Shown in pieces: positions 63,206-64,000 of a stretch of DNA of 64,000 nt; position 1 is the first letter of the stretch, and each line of letters begins with the position of its first letter. Location of the stretch: positions 10,976,001 to 11,040,000 of the forward strand of contig NC_087438.1 in the NCBI RefSeq assembly GCF_036321535.1, in the 5' to 3' direction. The notes beneath the pieces are model-generated. The model was not told the DNA's origin. It ran no database searches and saw only the letters and a list, made by a program, of their open reading frames with translations. Source of the stretch: Camelus dromedarius (lineage: Eukaryota). The position numbers and the translations under genes were made by a program.

Positions 63206-63469
63206 TATAAGATATAACTTTATAGTCTTATCTTTAGATTTGTTATAGCTTCATGACCTACAGTTTACATTTCATACTTAGAGTGCTTTTAGGAAATTGG
63301 ACTCTGCAGACTTTCCAGTTCAATTCTTTTCACCCTTCCTACATACATGCCTTTTAGCCTATGTGGTTTCCCAAATGTACCTATTTTGCTGCTGCCATTT
63401 TTCTAGGATACCTTTCCTTCCTCTCTGGCAAATATCTGCTTTTTTAAAAAAACAGTCTCCAGTAGTTCC

Positions 63470-64000
63470 TTTCTGTTGAGGTGTAGTTGATTTACAATGT
63501 TGTGTTAGTTTCTGATATATTGTAAATAAGTTCATTTGTGTCATTCTTTTTCTAGATTCCATATTTAAGTGATATCATAAGGTATTTTTCTTTCTCTTTC
63601 TGGCTTACTTTGCTTAGAATGACAGTGTCTAGGTCCATCCATGTTGCTGCAAATGCATTATTTTATTCTTTTTTATGGTTGAGTAGTATTCCATTGTATA
63701 AATATACCACAACTTCTTTATCCAGTCATCTGTCACTGGACATTTAGGCTGTTTCCATGTCTTGGCTATTGTAAATAGTGCTGCTATGAACATTGGGGTG
63801 CATGTATCTTTTTGAATTAGAAGTTTCTCCAAATATATGCCCAGGAGTGAGATTGCTGGATCATATGTTCAGTCTATTTTTAGCTTTTTAAGAAATCTCC
63901 ATACTGTTTTCCATAATGGCTGTGCCAAACTACATTCCCACCAACAATGTAGGAGGGTCCCCTTTGCTCCACACCCTCTCCAGCATTTATCATTTGTGGA
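63470..64000 (-). mobile_element. Lineage-specific L1 3' end, running off the window end
   Basis: Minus ORF 63629-63832 ([26 protein letters not shown]...WIKKLWYIYTMEYY) is the L1 ORF2 C-terminus; 3' UTR end 'gtagttgatttacaatgttgtgttagtttc'. Confidence 0.93.

Noticed and set aside
1..64000. CRISPR arrays, tRNA/rRNA genes, NUMTs, non-retroviral endogenous viral elements, prokaryote-type systems
   Set aside because: None seen by eye; the sequence is typical eutherian intergenic or intronic DNA. A weak EVE could only be excluded by BLASTX.

Overview
Mammalian, gene-poor and repeat-dense DNA. The youngest L1 3' UTRs look camelid (camel/alpaca-like), and I saw no Alu, B1/B2, Bov-tA/BovB, PRE1 or Can-SINE, so the taxon is an inference. 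I found no intact protein-coding gene, and the supplied ORFs are transposon remnants, microsatellite artefacts or unrecognisable. Recognisable items: (1) a near full-length, heavily decayed processed pseudogene of NIFK (MKI67IP) on the minus strand (~6.4-8.0 kb), nested with a Tigger1 end inside an old L1; (2) a full-length 7SK snRNA pseudogene (24346-24670); (3) two decayed ERV-L proviral bodies (1-3.6 kb with dUTPase remnant and 3' LTR; 19.7-24.2 kb, interrupted by MER20 and a second class-III ERV); (4) a young 5'-truncated L1 with a target-site duplication inside an older L1; (5) many MaLR solo LTRs, L2, MIR, hAT elements and microsatellites. A few unique stretches look regulatory or like non-coding exons, but these are speculative. 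I see no convincing novel biological system. Repeat family names come from recalled consensus sequences and boundaries are approximate.
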